Notes: generated by a model from the sequence alone, not told the origin. Shown: positions 8,388-17,305, counted from the first letter of the stretch. The stretch: DNA of 39,946 bases from Candidatus Micrarchaeia archaeon (GCA_038740245.1 JAVYLZ010000004.1:1-39946); one strand, 5' to 3'. Program-made: numbers and translations.

Positions 8388-8419
8388 ATTGGAGATATAA
8401 GATGGGAATTATATAATAG

Positions 8420-9385
8420 TTAGGCGGGCGCATCCTCTATCCTGTACCTTGGCTTTATGCCGCAATCAGTGTCAGGATAATTGCCCTTAAACTTGTGGTG
8501 GAGATAGTGCGCGGTGTGCGCAATCATTGCGCCGTTATCCCTGTTAAACTCGTTTGCAGGGCAGCCAAACCGCACACCGTTTTCCTCGGCCATACCTGCA
8601 ACCATCTCCTGCAAGCGCATATTCTGTGCAACACCCCCGCAAAGCAGCACTTCTTTCTTATGCGTAACCATAAGCGCGCGCTCCGCCGCCTCGCACAGCA
8701 TTGCAAATGCCGTCTCCTGAAAAGAGTGCGCAATATCCTCGTTTGTGTGGTGTGCAGATACCTGGCCGCACTTTGTTACAAGGCCGGAGAACGCAAAATC
8801 CATACCTTTAACAGTGTATGGCAGCTCAAAGTACGAACCGCTTTTTGCAAGCCGCTCAATCTCACCGCCATGCGCACGCTCAAGCCCGAGCTCGCGTGCA
8901 AGCGTATCAATTGCATTGCCGAGCCCAACATCAAGTGTCTCGCCAAGCACTGTATAACGGCCTTTTTTGAGCACAAGCAGCTGCGTGTTGCCGCCGCTTA
9001 CGTAAATAACAAGAGGGTCCTCCATCATGCACATATGGCGGCCTATTTCAATGTGCGCAAGGCTGTGGTGGACCGGCAGAAGCGGTATACGGAGCATGGA
9101 TGAGCACAGCACTGCAACCGCACGACCTATGCGAAGGCATGGTGCAAGCCCGGGCCCTTTTGAATATCCAATCAGCCCAACGTCACGCATCCTTATGCCT
9201 GCCTGCGCAAGTGCCTCGGAAAGCACCTGCTCGGCTGCAAGCGCGTGATGGTCTGCCGCATCCGAGGGCTTCATGCCCCCGAACTTTTGCGAATATGTGC
9301 GTGAAGCGTTGGCAAGTATTTTTCCATTATGGCATATGCCTATGCCAAACGTGTGCGCCGTTGATTCTATCCCGAGAGTGTACAT
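8420..9385 (-). CDS. kae1: tRNA N6-adenosine threonylcarbamoyltransferase Kae1 (KEOPS catalytic subunit)
   Basis: 321 aa. Starts MYTLGIESTAHTFGIGI. Metal-binding HH..AH (VHHSLAHIE), ...YVSGGNTQ..., ...LCGGVAQN.... No Bud32 fusion. It sits in the conserved S24e/S27ae neighbourhood. Confidence 0.95.
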   Translation of the reverse strand: MYTLGIESTAHTFGIGICHNGKILANASRTYSQKFGGMKPSDAADHHALAAEQVLSEALAQAGIRMRDVGLIGYSKGPGLAPCLRIGRAVAVLCSSMLRIPLLPVHHSLAHIEIGRHMCMMEDPLVIYVSGGNTQLLVLKKGRYTVLGETLDVGLGNAIDTLARELGLERAHGGEIERLAKSGSYFELPYTVKGMDFAFSGLVTKCGQVSAHHTNEDIAHSFQETAFAMLCEAAERALMVTHKKEVLLCGGVAQNMRLQEMVAGMAEENGVRFGCPANEFNRDNGAMIAHTAHYLHHKFKGNYPDTDCGIKPRYRIEDAPA

Positions 9386-9405
9386 ACAGCAACCCCTACA
9401 ACCGC

Positions 9406-10191
9406 CTAGCCACTGCCCGGCAGCGGCCCGAATAAGGCATACAATGAAGCCGCATTTATGAGCATGTGCGCGATTATCGGCGCCTTAACATCACCGCTTA
9501 CCCGATACAGCGCATACAAATATAGCCCCAACAGGAATGTCCCTATAACCTCAATGTACGAGCCGTATGAGTAATGCGCAAGGCCGAACAGCACGCTTGA
9601 CAACACTCCGCCGGTATACCGCGGGAGGAACGCCCTGAAGAATATCTCCTCAGAGAGCGGGCCGAGCGTTATTGCGTAAAGAAGGATGTATGTGGGAAGA
9701 GACATTATCTTTGACTCAACCAGATGGCTGTCATCAAAGCCGAGGTATGGCGCAACTGCAGCCAACAGCACCATAAATATGAATGCAGGTATGAGCGAGG
9801 CCAGTGCGAATGCGGCAGCACGCACTATCCCTCCGTTAAAGCCGAGCGCTTGCAGGAGATTGCCGCACTCTTTTCGGCCAAGCGCCGCGTATACTGGTAT
9901 CAGGAGCATGAGGATGGAAAGCAGGACGGGTGAGAATACGGGGATGTAAAGCGATGCCGCAAGCAGCAGCACAGTTGAGAGTGCGAGCACACGCTTGTCG
10001 GCCGTGCGAAGCAGCAGCGCGGGGGTGAGCGGGGCCAGCACTGCAATATATGCAGGGGCACCGGTAAACACTGCAACTGCAAGCGCAAAAAGGACCGAGA
10101 GCGATGCGAAAATTACCGAAAGAACCGCCCGCCTAATCTTACCGCACGGGCCGGTGCAAGGATTATGGGGGTTACTTGGACTTTTTCTCAT
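9406..10191 (-). CDS. CPBP-family intramembrane glutamic endopeptidase (CAAX protease-like)
   Basis: Motifs EEIFFRAF (EExxxR), FGLAHY (FxxxH) and HMLINA, all within a multi-pass membrane protein. Start taken at Met21 (10191), which still overlaps the S27ae 3' end by 20 nt. Confidence 0.8.
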   Translation of the reverse strand: MRKSPSNPHNPCTGPCGKIRRAVLSVIFASLSVLFALAVAVFTGAPAYIAVLAPLTPALLLRTADKRVLALSTVLLLAASLYIPVFSPVLLSILMLLIPVYAALGRKECGNLLQALGFNGGIVRAAAFALASLIPAFIFMVLLAAVAPYLGFDDSHLVESKIMSLPTYILLYAITLGPLSEEIFFRAFLPRYTGGVLSSVLFGLAHYSYGSYIEVIGTFLLGLYLYALYRVSGDVKAPIIAHMLINAASLYALFGPLPGSG

Positions 10192-10312
10192 AGTAACCGC
10201 ATTTGCCGCAGGCAACCCTGTCCTTGTGCTCTGCGAGCCGTGTGCCTGCACCGCAGCGGGGGCAGTCCCTACCTTTCTTGTATATGCGCGGCTGTTTTTT
10301 CTTTTCTGCCAT
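10172..10312 (-). CDS. rps27ae: 30S ribosomal protein S27ae
   Basis: Start at internal Met47 of the tracked ORF: [47 protein letters not shown]-x2-C-x14-C-x2-C zinc ribbon and typical size. The upstream extension overlaps S24e and is rejected. Confidence 0.85.
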   Translation of the reverse strand: MAEKKKQPRIYKKGRDCPRCGAGTRLAEHKDRVACGKCGYYEKKSK

Positions 10313-10322
10313 AAGGACCCAC

Positions 10323-10637
10323 CTACTCCTTCTTCTCCTCTTTGCCCGCGCCAAGCGATTTCTTTGCGCGCTCAACAAGGTGCTTTGCCTCGTACTTAAG
10401 GTCCTGCACCGACTTGTAGACCTTTGCCCTTCCGTAGCTTTTCTTGGCACCGAACGGCTGCCTCACATAGTCAACTATCACAAGGTTCTCATCGCACTTC
10501 ATTGCCTTGGCAATCTCCTTTATAACCCAGGCGCGCGAAGGGGTCTCTGCATCCTGCGACACCTCAAAGGTGAGCTCCGTCCTGTTGAAAAGAGGGTTAA
10601 CCGTCTTGTTCGTTATGTCAAGCTTCATATGAAACAC
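10323..10637 (-). CDS. rps24e: 30S ribosomal protein S24e
   Basis: 104 aa. ...[17 protein letters not shown]...TPSR..V...IAK.......VIVDYV...FG...S.G.AKVY matches the S24e family. The start could be Met4. Confidence 0.9.
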   Translation of the reverse strand: MFHMKLDITNKTVNPLFNRTELTFEVSQDAETPSRAWVIKEIAKAMKCDENLVIVDYVRQPFGAKKSYGRAKVYKSVQDLKYEAKHLVERAKKSLGAGKEEKKE

Positions 10638-10638
10638 C

Positions 10639-11031
10639 TTACTTGTTTACGCGTGTTAGCATCCTGCGCGCATTCCACTCCATATAGTCAACTTCCTTGC
10701 CGGGCTGCACATCACTCCTCATATCCTCGGGGATTGAAATCTCAAAGCTCTCGTATGTTGTCATGTCCATAATCTGCGCGGTATCGCCGCTAACCGAGAT
10801 TATCTGGCCGCGCTTGCGCTCAATTATAGGGATCTCAACATCCTGGTCTGCAGGACCAAACAATGCCCTCTTCTGCGAGTCAAATATCCCGATTGCGACC
10901 ACACGCATCTTGGCAGAGCCGTGCTTGCCAGGTGCGGACGAGCTTGTCTCAACTACCCTGCACGGCTCCCCATCTATCATCACATACTTGCCTTCCCTAA
11001 GCTCCTTCATTGAACCGAAAGTTGTGCTCAT
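10639..11031 (-). CDS. eif5a: translation initiation factor 5A (aIF5A)
   Basis: 130 aa. Hypusination loop SAPGKHGSAKMRV followed by a C-terminal OB-fold-like region. A 'tataaaat' box on the minus strand lies 23 nt upstream of the ATG. Confidence 0.95.
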   Translation of the reverse strand: MSTTFGSMKELREGKYVMIDGEPCRVVETSSSAPGKHGSAKMRVVAIGIFDSQKRALFGPADQDVEIPIIERKRGQIISVSGDTAQIMDMTTYESFEISIPEDMRSDVQPGKEVDYMEWNARRMLTRVNK

Positions 11032-11176
11032 GGGTTGTTTTAGAAGTAAAAAGTATTTTATATGTTAGTTGGCCGGAGTGGGCCATTAATCCCTGCGGGG
11101 GTGCCTTGGGCAGGGGGCTAAAACAGCGCCTGCTGTTTGCAAAAGGCTTAATATTCAGCGATGCCATAAAGGGTTG

Positions 11177-11902
11177 ATGATTGATGCGCACTGCCACCTT
11201 ATGGACTTCAGGGCTCCTGATATTGCCGGTTGGAAGCGGGCAGGGCTTGGGGCCATAGTTAATTGCTCGTATGACTTTAACTCAAGCAAAAAAGCGCTTG
11301 AGCTCAAAAGAAATGAGCAAGAATTTACCTATTGCGTGGTTGGCGTATCCCCGCAGAAATGCATGGGGCCCGAGGGTGAGGCGCAGGTCAGGGAAGTGGA
11401 GGGGCTTGCGCGTGCTAATGCAGGCCTTGTTGATGGGATTGGTGAGATAGGGCTTGACTTCCACTGGGGGGATACACCTGAGAAAAGGGCATGGCAATTA
11501 AAGCTGTTTAGGCGGCAGATTGCGCTTGCATTGGAATTGGGGAAACCGATAGTTGTGCATGCGAGGGATGCCACGCGCGAGTGCATAAATGAGCTTGAGT
11601 CGGCCGGATTCAGCGGGAACGTGCAGTTCCACTTCTATTCCGGAAATGCAGATGAGGCTAAGGCGATTGCGCAAAAAGGATGGCTTATTTCGATACCGCC
11701 AATAAAAGGAAGGGCCAGGCTACAAGCGATCAGTGCCGTGCCTATTGAAAGCCTGACTGCAGAGACAGACAGCCCATATGTTGGGAAGAGCCCGCTTGAC
11801 ACAAGGGAGTCCATACGGATTATTGCAGATATCAAGGGGATAAGCGAGAAGGAGGCTGAAAGGCAAACAAGCAAAAATGTGCGGGTGCTTTTTTCGCATT
11901 AA
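11177..11902 (+). CDS. TatD-family metal-dependent hydrolase/DNase
   Basis: MIDAHCHL... N-terminal HxH motif, ...GEIGLDFHW..., ...PIVVHARDA.... The ATG at 11177 is preferred over the TTG at 11174. Confidence 0.9.
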   Translation: MIDAHCHLMDFRAPDIAGWKRAGLGAIVNCSYDFNSSKKALELKRNEQEFTYCVVGVSPQKCMGPEGEAQVREVEGLARANAGLVDGIGEIGLDFHWGDTPEKRAWQLKLFRRQIALALELGKPIVVHARDATRECINELESAGFSGNVQFHFYSGNADEAKAIAQKGWLISIPPIKGRARLQAISAVPIESLTAETDSPYVGKSPLDTRESIRIIADIKGISEKEAERQTSKNVRVLFSH

Positions 11903-11922
11903 TGCAGGGGCACGGGCGGCAG

Positions 11923-14900
11923 TCAGAGCCTGTCTATTATCTCGCGTGCCCTGCGCGCCGCCTTCTTCATTGCAGTTACCACAAAGCCCAAATCCTCATC
12001 TGGCCTTGTTAGCGCCATCACAAGCGTGTGCTCGCCCGCCTTCACTATCACTATCTTGCCCGTCTCTGAATTGAAAAGCACATAATTAACCTCGCCGCGG
12101 TTAAGCGCCTGCGACGCCTGCTCGGCCTTCTGCATTGCGCGTGCGGCAAGAGCCGCAATTGAAGATACATCGTGGCCGCCTGGAAGTGCAGCGCTTATGA
12201 CCAGGCCGTCCCTGCGCAAGATGGCGCCGCCAAGTATGCGCTGGGTGTTCACCATCTCCTCAATTACCTCTGTAATATCCGCCTTGCTTACCCCCTTCAT
12301 CTCCTTGAGCCGCACGAGGTCCGTCCCCTGGAGCACCACCGGGATATCGCCCGTGGATGCGAACCGCTCAAGCACCCATGGGCGCCATTCCGGCGGCACT
12401 GTTGTAAGCATTTCAGGTGAGACACGGTCCTGCCGCGAAATCAATGCGCGCACACTTTCACGCCAGGATGGCCATGCATTCAGGACTGCCTGCTTTTTCC
12501 TAAGCCCCTGCATTACCTCGTCAAGGGCCTTCTCAATCGATGCAATCTCTGAGGAGATTGCCTCTGCGTCCTCAAGCCGTATGTGTGCCAGGCGCTCCTT
12601 TAACGGTGCGATATCCGCAAGGTAAAGCGCCTGCTGCTCTTCAAACGGGAGCAGGCCGCCCTTCGTGCATCCATCCACCTGCCTTTGCGCGGCATCCTTC
12701 TTCTCCTCAAGCGCAAGCAGCCGCTCGTACAATGAGCGCACTACGGGGATCTTACGCTCAAGCTCGGACTTGACCTGCGAAAGCTGCGCGGATACGCGTG
12801 CCTCTTCTTCTTGAGTTAGCGTGCCCGCCGCCGCCTTGCCTATCGCATCTTCCACGCCGATGCCCTCAACCCTGCGCGCATAATCTGAAACGTCTATGCC
12901 TATATCCTCGGCATCCTTAAGCAATACGGACACCTCTGTTGACAGCGCATTAAGCCGCTCAAACGCGCTCATTGAAGAAGTGTGCCTTGATAGCAGGGAG
13001 CGGATGTCCGCATCAAGCTGCGAATACGCCTTCAGCAGTTCCTTGCTGCGCGGTGCCGCCTCATCTATGGGCTGCTCAAACAGGGCGTTTAGTGCATCTG
13101 GGCCGCCCAGTGCATTAAACCGCCGCTCAAATTCCGAGACTTCAACATCCGCCTGGGACGCCTCAAACAGGAGCTTTGGTATGCCATCAATGTATGATTC
13201 TATCTGCGAGATTGCCGTGCCAAGCTCGGCCTCAAGCGCATGTGCCCGTGCAAGCTGATCCTTAAGATGCCTTATTTTCTCCGAGATTGTGGGGATTAGC
13301 TCAGCCGCCTTGTCAAACTTCTTCCTTGAAATGCTTTCAAGCATGTGCGAAAGCAGCACGTCAACTGATGCAACCAAACGGTCACTGCCTGATATCCTTT
13401 TCTCACGCAGCTCTGAAGCCGTGGCGTCAAGCTCATGCCGGAGGTCCGTGTACCTGGCAGAGAATCCTTCTTCCAGAGGGACACCACAGCTCTGGCACCT
13501 TTCTGATGCAAGCGAGGTCATGCGCGAGCATACAGGGCACGCAAAGCGCACTTTCATCAGGCTCTCGGCCTTTGAGATTATTGACTCAAGCTTGGCCCGC
13601 TCCTCTTTTGCGGACTTGAGCAGCTGGTCAAGATGCCTCTTTGCCTCGGCAAACCCCTTGGACTGCAATATGTCGCGATAGCTGTAAAGCGGCGCGCGCA
13701 GTGCCGGCGGCTCGTATTCAATCCCGGCGGCTGATGCGCGTGCGTGCAGCGACTCTATGGCTTCAAGCTCGTCCTCAATTGAGGCGGCCTGCGATGAAAG
13801 TATCTTCTCCTGGTCTATGCGCAGGGACAGCTGCTCGCGCAGTGCATCATACTCTGGCCGTATCCGGCTGCCCAGCATTGCCTCGGCATCGGACGGCCGC
13901 CCCGAAGAGATGGCCGCCTCAGCATCCGAAAGCAAGCGCATGAACGCGGCAATCTTATCAAAATCAACCTCAACGCCCGCGGATATGGCGGACTGCTTAA
14001 GTGCATCAATATCGGCGCGCATCGTGCGTATCTTGTCAAACAGCGCAGGTGCAAGCTCGCGCCTGAGCCGCTCTGCGGATGATACTGCAAGCGACAGCTC
14101 GGACTGCTCCTTCAAGATGCGCTCGCTAACGTCTTCCAGGTGCTTGCGCGCCTCCTTAAGCCCCTTTGAATCCGCAATTCCCTTATACTGCGATATTTCA
14201 GTGCGCCAATCCTTTGGCTTTACATCAATGCCGTATGTTTTTGCGCGCGCGTACAAGTCCTCAACGGCCATTACCTGCATCTCAAGCGATTTCCTGAGCG
14301 AATCTATCGCCGCTGAGCTTTCACGACCTTCAAATATCCTGTCCCGGAGGGATGAATACTCCTGCTGCATCTGCGAAAGCTGCGACTCAAGGTACATCCG
14401 AGCGGCACGGTATCCCTTTGATGATGCAATGCCCTTGTACTTCACTATTTCCGCACGCCAATTTTTCTTCTCAAAGGCAAGGCCCAAAGATGCCGCCTGT
14501 GAATATACCTCCTCAATGGTCGTAATCAGCTGCTCAGCACGCTGGTAAACTGCCTCGGCCTGCAAGCGTTCCTCGCGGTTAAGCATTATCGTTTCCATGG
14601 CAGCGGAATATTCGCGCTGGACCTGCTGTGCTGCGGATTCAAGGTATTTCCTTGCAGCTGCATATCCCTGCATCTCAATTATGTCCTTGTGCTTGTCAAC
14701 AAGCGCACGCAGGTTCTTCCGCTCTATGGGAATGCCAAGCGATTCCGCCTCATTGTATGCATTCTCAATGCGCTCAATCTCCGGCTCCAGGCGCTCGCGC
14801 AGGCCCTCCACGTACAGCTTGTCATCCTTGCACACCGATATGAGCGAGCTGAGCGATGCATAGTCCTGCTTTATGTGCTGTGCTACGGTCTCAAGATGCC

Positions 14901-16857
14901 TTTGCGCGGCCGCAAGCCCCTGCGACTCTGCAATTGCCCTGTACGCATTTGCTTCCTCCCGCCAGTTCTTCCTGTCTATCTTAAGCTGCAGCACGGCCGC
15001 CTGCCCGTAGAGCTCCTCAATCCTCGTGATTTCAGGCTCAAGAGATTCCCTGAGCCGCATGATTGCATCGGTTTCCTGGAGCGCCACCGAGAGTGCCTGG
15101 TGCAATGAAGCATATTCATTTCGCACGGACCTGCTCATCCGCGATTCGGCCTCATCAATGCTGCCCTGCGAAATGAGCTGCTCAATGGGCACAAGCTGCG
15201 CTATAAACCCGTCCGCACGCTGTGAATATGAGGTGAGGCCTGCCGCCTGCGCGCGCTCCTTAAGCGCAATAATCTCTGCGCGCATCTTCTGCACTTCCTC
15301 GCGCAGCTCCTTCTCAACAAGCACCTTGCGTATGCCCTGCGTTACCGGGACACGGAAGTATCTTTCACCAAGCACGAGCCCCTTAACCACATCGGCCACA
15401 AGGAAGTATACTGACACAAGCCCCACAAATATGCAGACCACTGAAATCAGCTGCGTACTGTCGGAAAGCAGGACCTGCAGAATGTCAAACCCTTCCGGCT
15501 CGCCGGCATTCCACGTAAGGTACGTGCCAACTGCGCACATTACCGCTGCAAACGCGAGCATCTGCAGGCGGTTGCGCCCGCCATACCCTGCAACCCTGTA
15601 TACCGCCTCTGCAAGCGGCTCCTTCCTTTGGAAGCATTGCAGTACTGCCACAAGCAGGCGCACAACCACCAAAAGAAGGTATAGCGGGAGGAGCAGTATG
15701 AACATGCCGGCAGCCGCTGCCCATGCAAGCCCCATGCTTGGCCTGAGCTGGCCGGCCACACCGTAAAATGTATCCCTCGCAAGCACATATGCAGGCACGC
15801 CCTCAAGCTCAAGCACCTTGGCAGTGCCACTGGGATATGAAACGGATTTCACAGCTTCATCCCAATTGTGCGGGCCCGTGTCGGCCTTGTATGCAATGTC
15901 ATCACGGACACGGTCGCCCTTTGTGAAGGACAGGCGGTAGCGCGCTACCATCGGGACACTGTCCGAGACGTAGCGCGGCGCAACGATAAATGAAATGTGC
16001 TGCTTGCTGGACGCAAACTGGGAGGGGATTAAGTCGTCAACCTCAATCACTGCGTTCTCATCATAAGTGAATGAGGTCTTAACACTGACCTCATATTTTG
16101 AGTATGCATACGGATACTGCGCACGTGCGGCATCTACATCCTTCGGATAAACCTCCTCAAGCTGGTACAGCGCACTCTGGAGCATAATCAGGTCGTTTGC
16201 GTTGCACAGGTTCTGCTGGAAGATGTACGATGATAGGAGGCGCTGGAGCGATGCCTGCAGCTCGTCGCGCTTTTTTATGATTGCCTCGCGCTCAATCTCG
16301 GATATGTATTGCGATGAGGCGATGAGCTTGCCGAGCTCGCCGGCCTGGCTTTTGACGCGCACAAAATCAACTGAAAATGGGTAAAACGTGGTGTTGAGCT
16401 GCGGAAACTTGTTAAGCCCGTTCTGGCAGCGAAGCCGCGATGTGCATGCGCTCAGGCACTGCTGTTCGCTGTCGCACGGAACAACTTCCTCAATCGCATA
16501 CGTGCACTGCAGGTGAAGCGCCGATACTCCCGACAGCCGCGAATAAGCAGCTTCTGCACGGCTTTCGTTTCTTATGTAGTAATTTTGCAGCTGGAAGGAG
16601 GCATTTTTTTCAATGCCGCGTATGTATATCTCCTTGCGCATGGATATGTCGTTGCCGGTCTGCGTGTCAATAACTGACTGGTCGCGCAGCTTATAGTACC
16701 ATATATCAGGGATTGTGTCGCCGTCACTGTCAGAAACAGTTGCCTTTTCAATAACCGCCTTCTGCGAAACTAGGGGGACTGGGCGCTCAATGCATCCTGC
16801 CGCAAGGATTAGCATGAGAACCAAGGATAGAGTGATTGTAAAGTGCCTTGACATCAT
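11923..16857 (-). CDS. giant (1644 aa) membrane-anchored helical-repeat protein with embedded zinc ribbon and C-terminal Roadblock/LC7 domain
   Basis: One uninterrupted 4935-nt ORF. Signal peptide with lipobox-like LAAGC (aa 1-22). Non-helical N-terminal region with DSDGDTIPD and a Cys-rich patch (aa ~23-374). Three or four hydrophobic helices (aa ~375-492). About 950 aa of charged helical repeats. CPVC-x12-CQSC (aa 1107-1124). C-terminal ~115 aa with the Roadblock/LC7 pattern. Confidence 0.85.
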   Translation of the reverse strand: MMSRHFTITLSLVLMLILAAGCIERPVPLVSQKAVIEKATVSDSDGDTIPDIWYYKLRDQSVIDTQTGNDISMRKEIYIRGIEKNASFQLQNYYIRNESRAEAAYSRLSGVSALHLQCTYAIEEVVPCDSEQQCLSACTSRLRCQNGLNKFPQLNTTFYPFSVDFVRVKSQAGELGKLIASSQYISEIEREAIIKKRDELQASLQRLLSSYIFQQNLCNANDLIMLQSALYQLEEVYPKDVDAARAQYPYAYSKYEVSVKTSFTYDENAVIEVDDLIPSQFASSKQHISFIVAPRYVSDSVPMVARYRLSFTKGDRVRDDIAYKADTGPHNWDEAVKSVSYPSGTAKVLELEGVPAYVLARDTFYGVAGQLRPSMGLAWAAAAGMFILLLPLYLLLVVVRLLVAVLQCFQRKEPLAEAVYRVAGYGGRNRLQMLAFAAVMCAVGTYLTWNAGEPEGFDILQVLLSDSTQLISVVCIFVGLVSVYFLVADVVKGLVLGERYFRVPVTQGIRKVLVEKELREEVQKMRAEIIALKERAQAAGLTSYSQRADGFIAQLVPIEQLISQGSIDEAESRMSRSVRNEYASLHQALSVALQETDAIMRLRESLEPEITRIEELYGQAAVLQLKIDRKNWREEANAYRAIAESQGLAAAQRHLETVAQHIKQDYASLSSLISVCKDDKLYVEGLRERLEPEIERIENAYNEAESLGIPIERKNLRALVDKHKDIIEMQGYAAARKYLESAAQQVQREYSAAMETIMLNREERLQAEAVYQRAEQLITTIEEVYSQAASLGLAFEKKNWRAEIVKYKGIASSKGYRAARMYLESQLSQMQQEYSSLRDRIFEGRESSAAIDSLRKSLEMQVMAVEDLYARAKTYGIDVKPKDWRTEISQYKGIADSKGLKEARKHLEDVSERILKEQSELSLAVSSAERLRRELAPALFDKIRTMRADIDALKQSAISAGVEVDFDKIAAFMRLLSDAEAAISSGRPSDAEAMLGSRIRPEYDALREQLSLRIDQEKILSSQAASIEDELEAIESLHARASAAGIEYEPPALRAPLYSYRDILQSKGFAEAKRHLDQLLKSAKEERAKLESIISKAESLMKVRFACPVCSRMTSLASERCQSCGVPLEEGFSARYTDLRHELDATASELREKRISGSDRLVASVDVLLSHMLESISRKKFDKAAELIPTISEKIRHLKDQLARAHALEAELGTAISQIESYIDGIPKLLFEASQADVEVSEFERRFNALGGPDALNALFEQPIDEAAPRSKELLKAYSQLDADIRSLLSRHTSSMSAFERLNALSTEVSVLLKDAEDIGIDVSDYARRVEGIGVEDAIGKAAAGTLTQEEEARVSAQLSQVKSELERKIPVVRSLYERLLALEEKKDAAQRQVDGCTKGGLLPFEEQQALYLADIAPLKERLAHIRLEDAEAISSEIASIEKALDEVMQGLRKKQAVLNAWPSWRESVRALISRQDRVSPEMLTTVPPEWRPWVLERFASTGDIPVVLQGTDLVRLKEMKGVSKADITEVIEEMVNTQRILGGAILRRDGLVISAALPGGHDVSSIAALAARAMQKAEQASQALNRGEVNYVLFNSETGKIVIVKAGEHTLVMALTRPDEDLGFVVTAMKKAARRAREIIDRL
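11938..12285 (-). other. Roadblock/LC7 (MglB-like) domain at the C-terminus of the giant protein
   Basis: aa ~1525-1640: ITEVIEEMVNTQRILGGAILRRDGLVISAALPGGHDVSSIAALAARAMQKAEQASQALNRGEVNYVLFNSETGKIVIVKAGEHTLVMALTRPDEDLGFVVTAMKKAARRAREI. It follows the alpha-beta-beta-alpha-beta-beta-beta-alpha sequence pattern of archaeal/bacterial Robl_LC7 proteins. This is recognition by eye, not an HMM score. Confidence 0.8.
13564..15324 (-). repeat. protein-level tandem repeats (~80 aa units) inside the giant ORF
   Basis: Type R units at aa ~598-676, 681-757, 762-842, 848-925 and 1022-1098. They share L(R/E)..LEPEI.RIE..Y..A..LGI.....KNWR.E...YK.IA.SKG...AR..LE........EYS.L. Type B units at aa ~512-597 and 928-1015 share MRA(E/D)I.ALK..A..AG......I......(A/I)IS.G...(D/E)AE......R.EY.AL...L. 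Order is B-R-R-R-R-B-R. The repeats are diverged, with no long exact nucleotide repeats. Confidence 0.75.
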
Positions 16858-16880
16858 ACGAGCACTAATTACTGAGAATG

Positions 16881-16888
16881 TTTAAATA
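16881..16888. promoter_or_regulatory. single TATA element shared by the divergent giant ORF and the SRP RNA gene
   Basis: 'tttaaata' (core tttaaa is palindromic). Its centre lies ~27.5 nt from the giant ORF ATG (16857) and ~27.5 nt from the predicted SRP RNA 5' end (~16912). It is the only AT-rich box in the 53-nt spacer. Confidence 0.55.
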
Positions 16889-16908
16889 CATTGTAATCCC
16901 AAAAGAGA

Positions 16909-17186
16909 GTTGCGGCTAGGCCGGGGGGCGAGGGGTCCCTTGTAACCGCAAATCCCCTTTATGGTGGGGCCGAAAAGCCTGGAGAGGTGCCGCGATTGTG
17001 TACGGGTCCGCCTGCACAGTGTAGATCCCCTGCCTTGCGCGGCGGCTCACCATACGAACCGGGTCAGGCCGGAAGGAGCATCCCTAAGTATGGTGTGCCG
17101 TGCCGCAAGCCAACAGGGGGGAGCTTGCAGGTTGGGCAAAGCCCTTGCACGGTTGTGACATCCATCCAGGTGAAGCCGCTCACTGA
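16909..17186 (+). ncRNA. signal recognition particle RNA (archaeal 7S RNA), ends approximate (+/-10 nt)
   Basis: Conserved helix-8 motif gggtcaggccggaaggagca (17061-17080) with a GGAA tetraloop. The long helix 5 is visible as colinear complementarity between 16977-17055 and 17093-17172 (for example cctgga/tccagg, ccttgcgcggcggc/gccgtgccgcaagc). 5' gcggct (16912-16917) pairs with 3' agccgc (17174-17179). At ~270 nt it is short for an archaeal SRP RNA. Confidence 0.8.
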
Positions 17187-17305
17187 TGGAAGCGGTCTGT
17201 CTTCCCTATCGCACAAGCGGATTGCTTGGGATGATAGGGCCAAGCAAACTGAAAGTTTGAGGGCGCCTTCTGCAAAAGCAGAAGTGCGGGTGGCAAACCC
17301 CCTAT

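Noticed and set aside
12172-15766. Many long plus-strand ORFs opposite the giant gene (for example 13757-14548 at 263 aa, 15026-15766 at 246 aa, 12197-12625, 13289-13681).
   Set aside because: All lie antisense to one continuous 1644-aa ORF that has clear domain and repeat structure. Their translations are low-complexity Ser/Ala/Arg-rich strings, typical of shadow frames opposite GC-rich, Glu/Leu/Ala-rich coding sequence.
17187-17305. Possible C/D-box sRNA in the SRP-tRNA spacer ('ctgatgg', 'gatgatag' and 'ctga' elements).
   Set aside because: Neither C-box-like string matches RUGAUGA. The spacing and order of the C/D'/C'/D elements do not fit, and no terminal kink-turn pairing is evident. 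I kept it only as an unexplained structured spacer.
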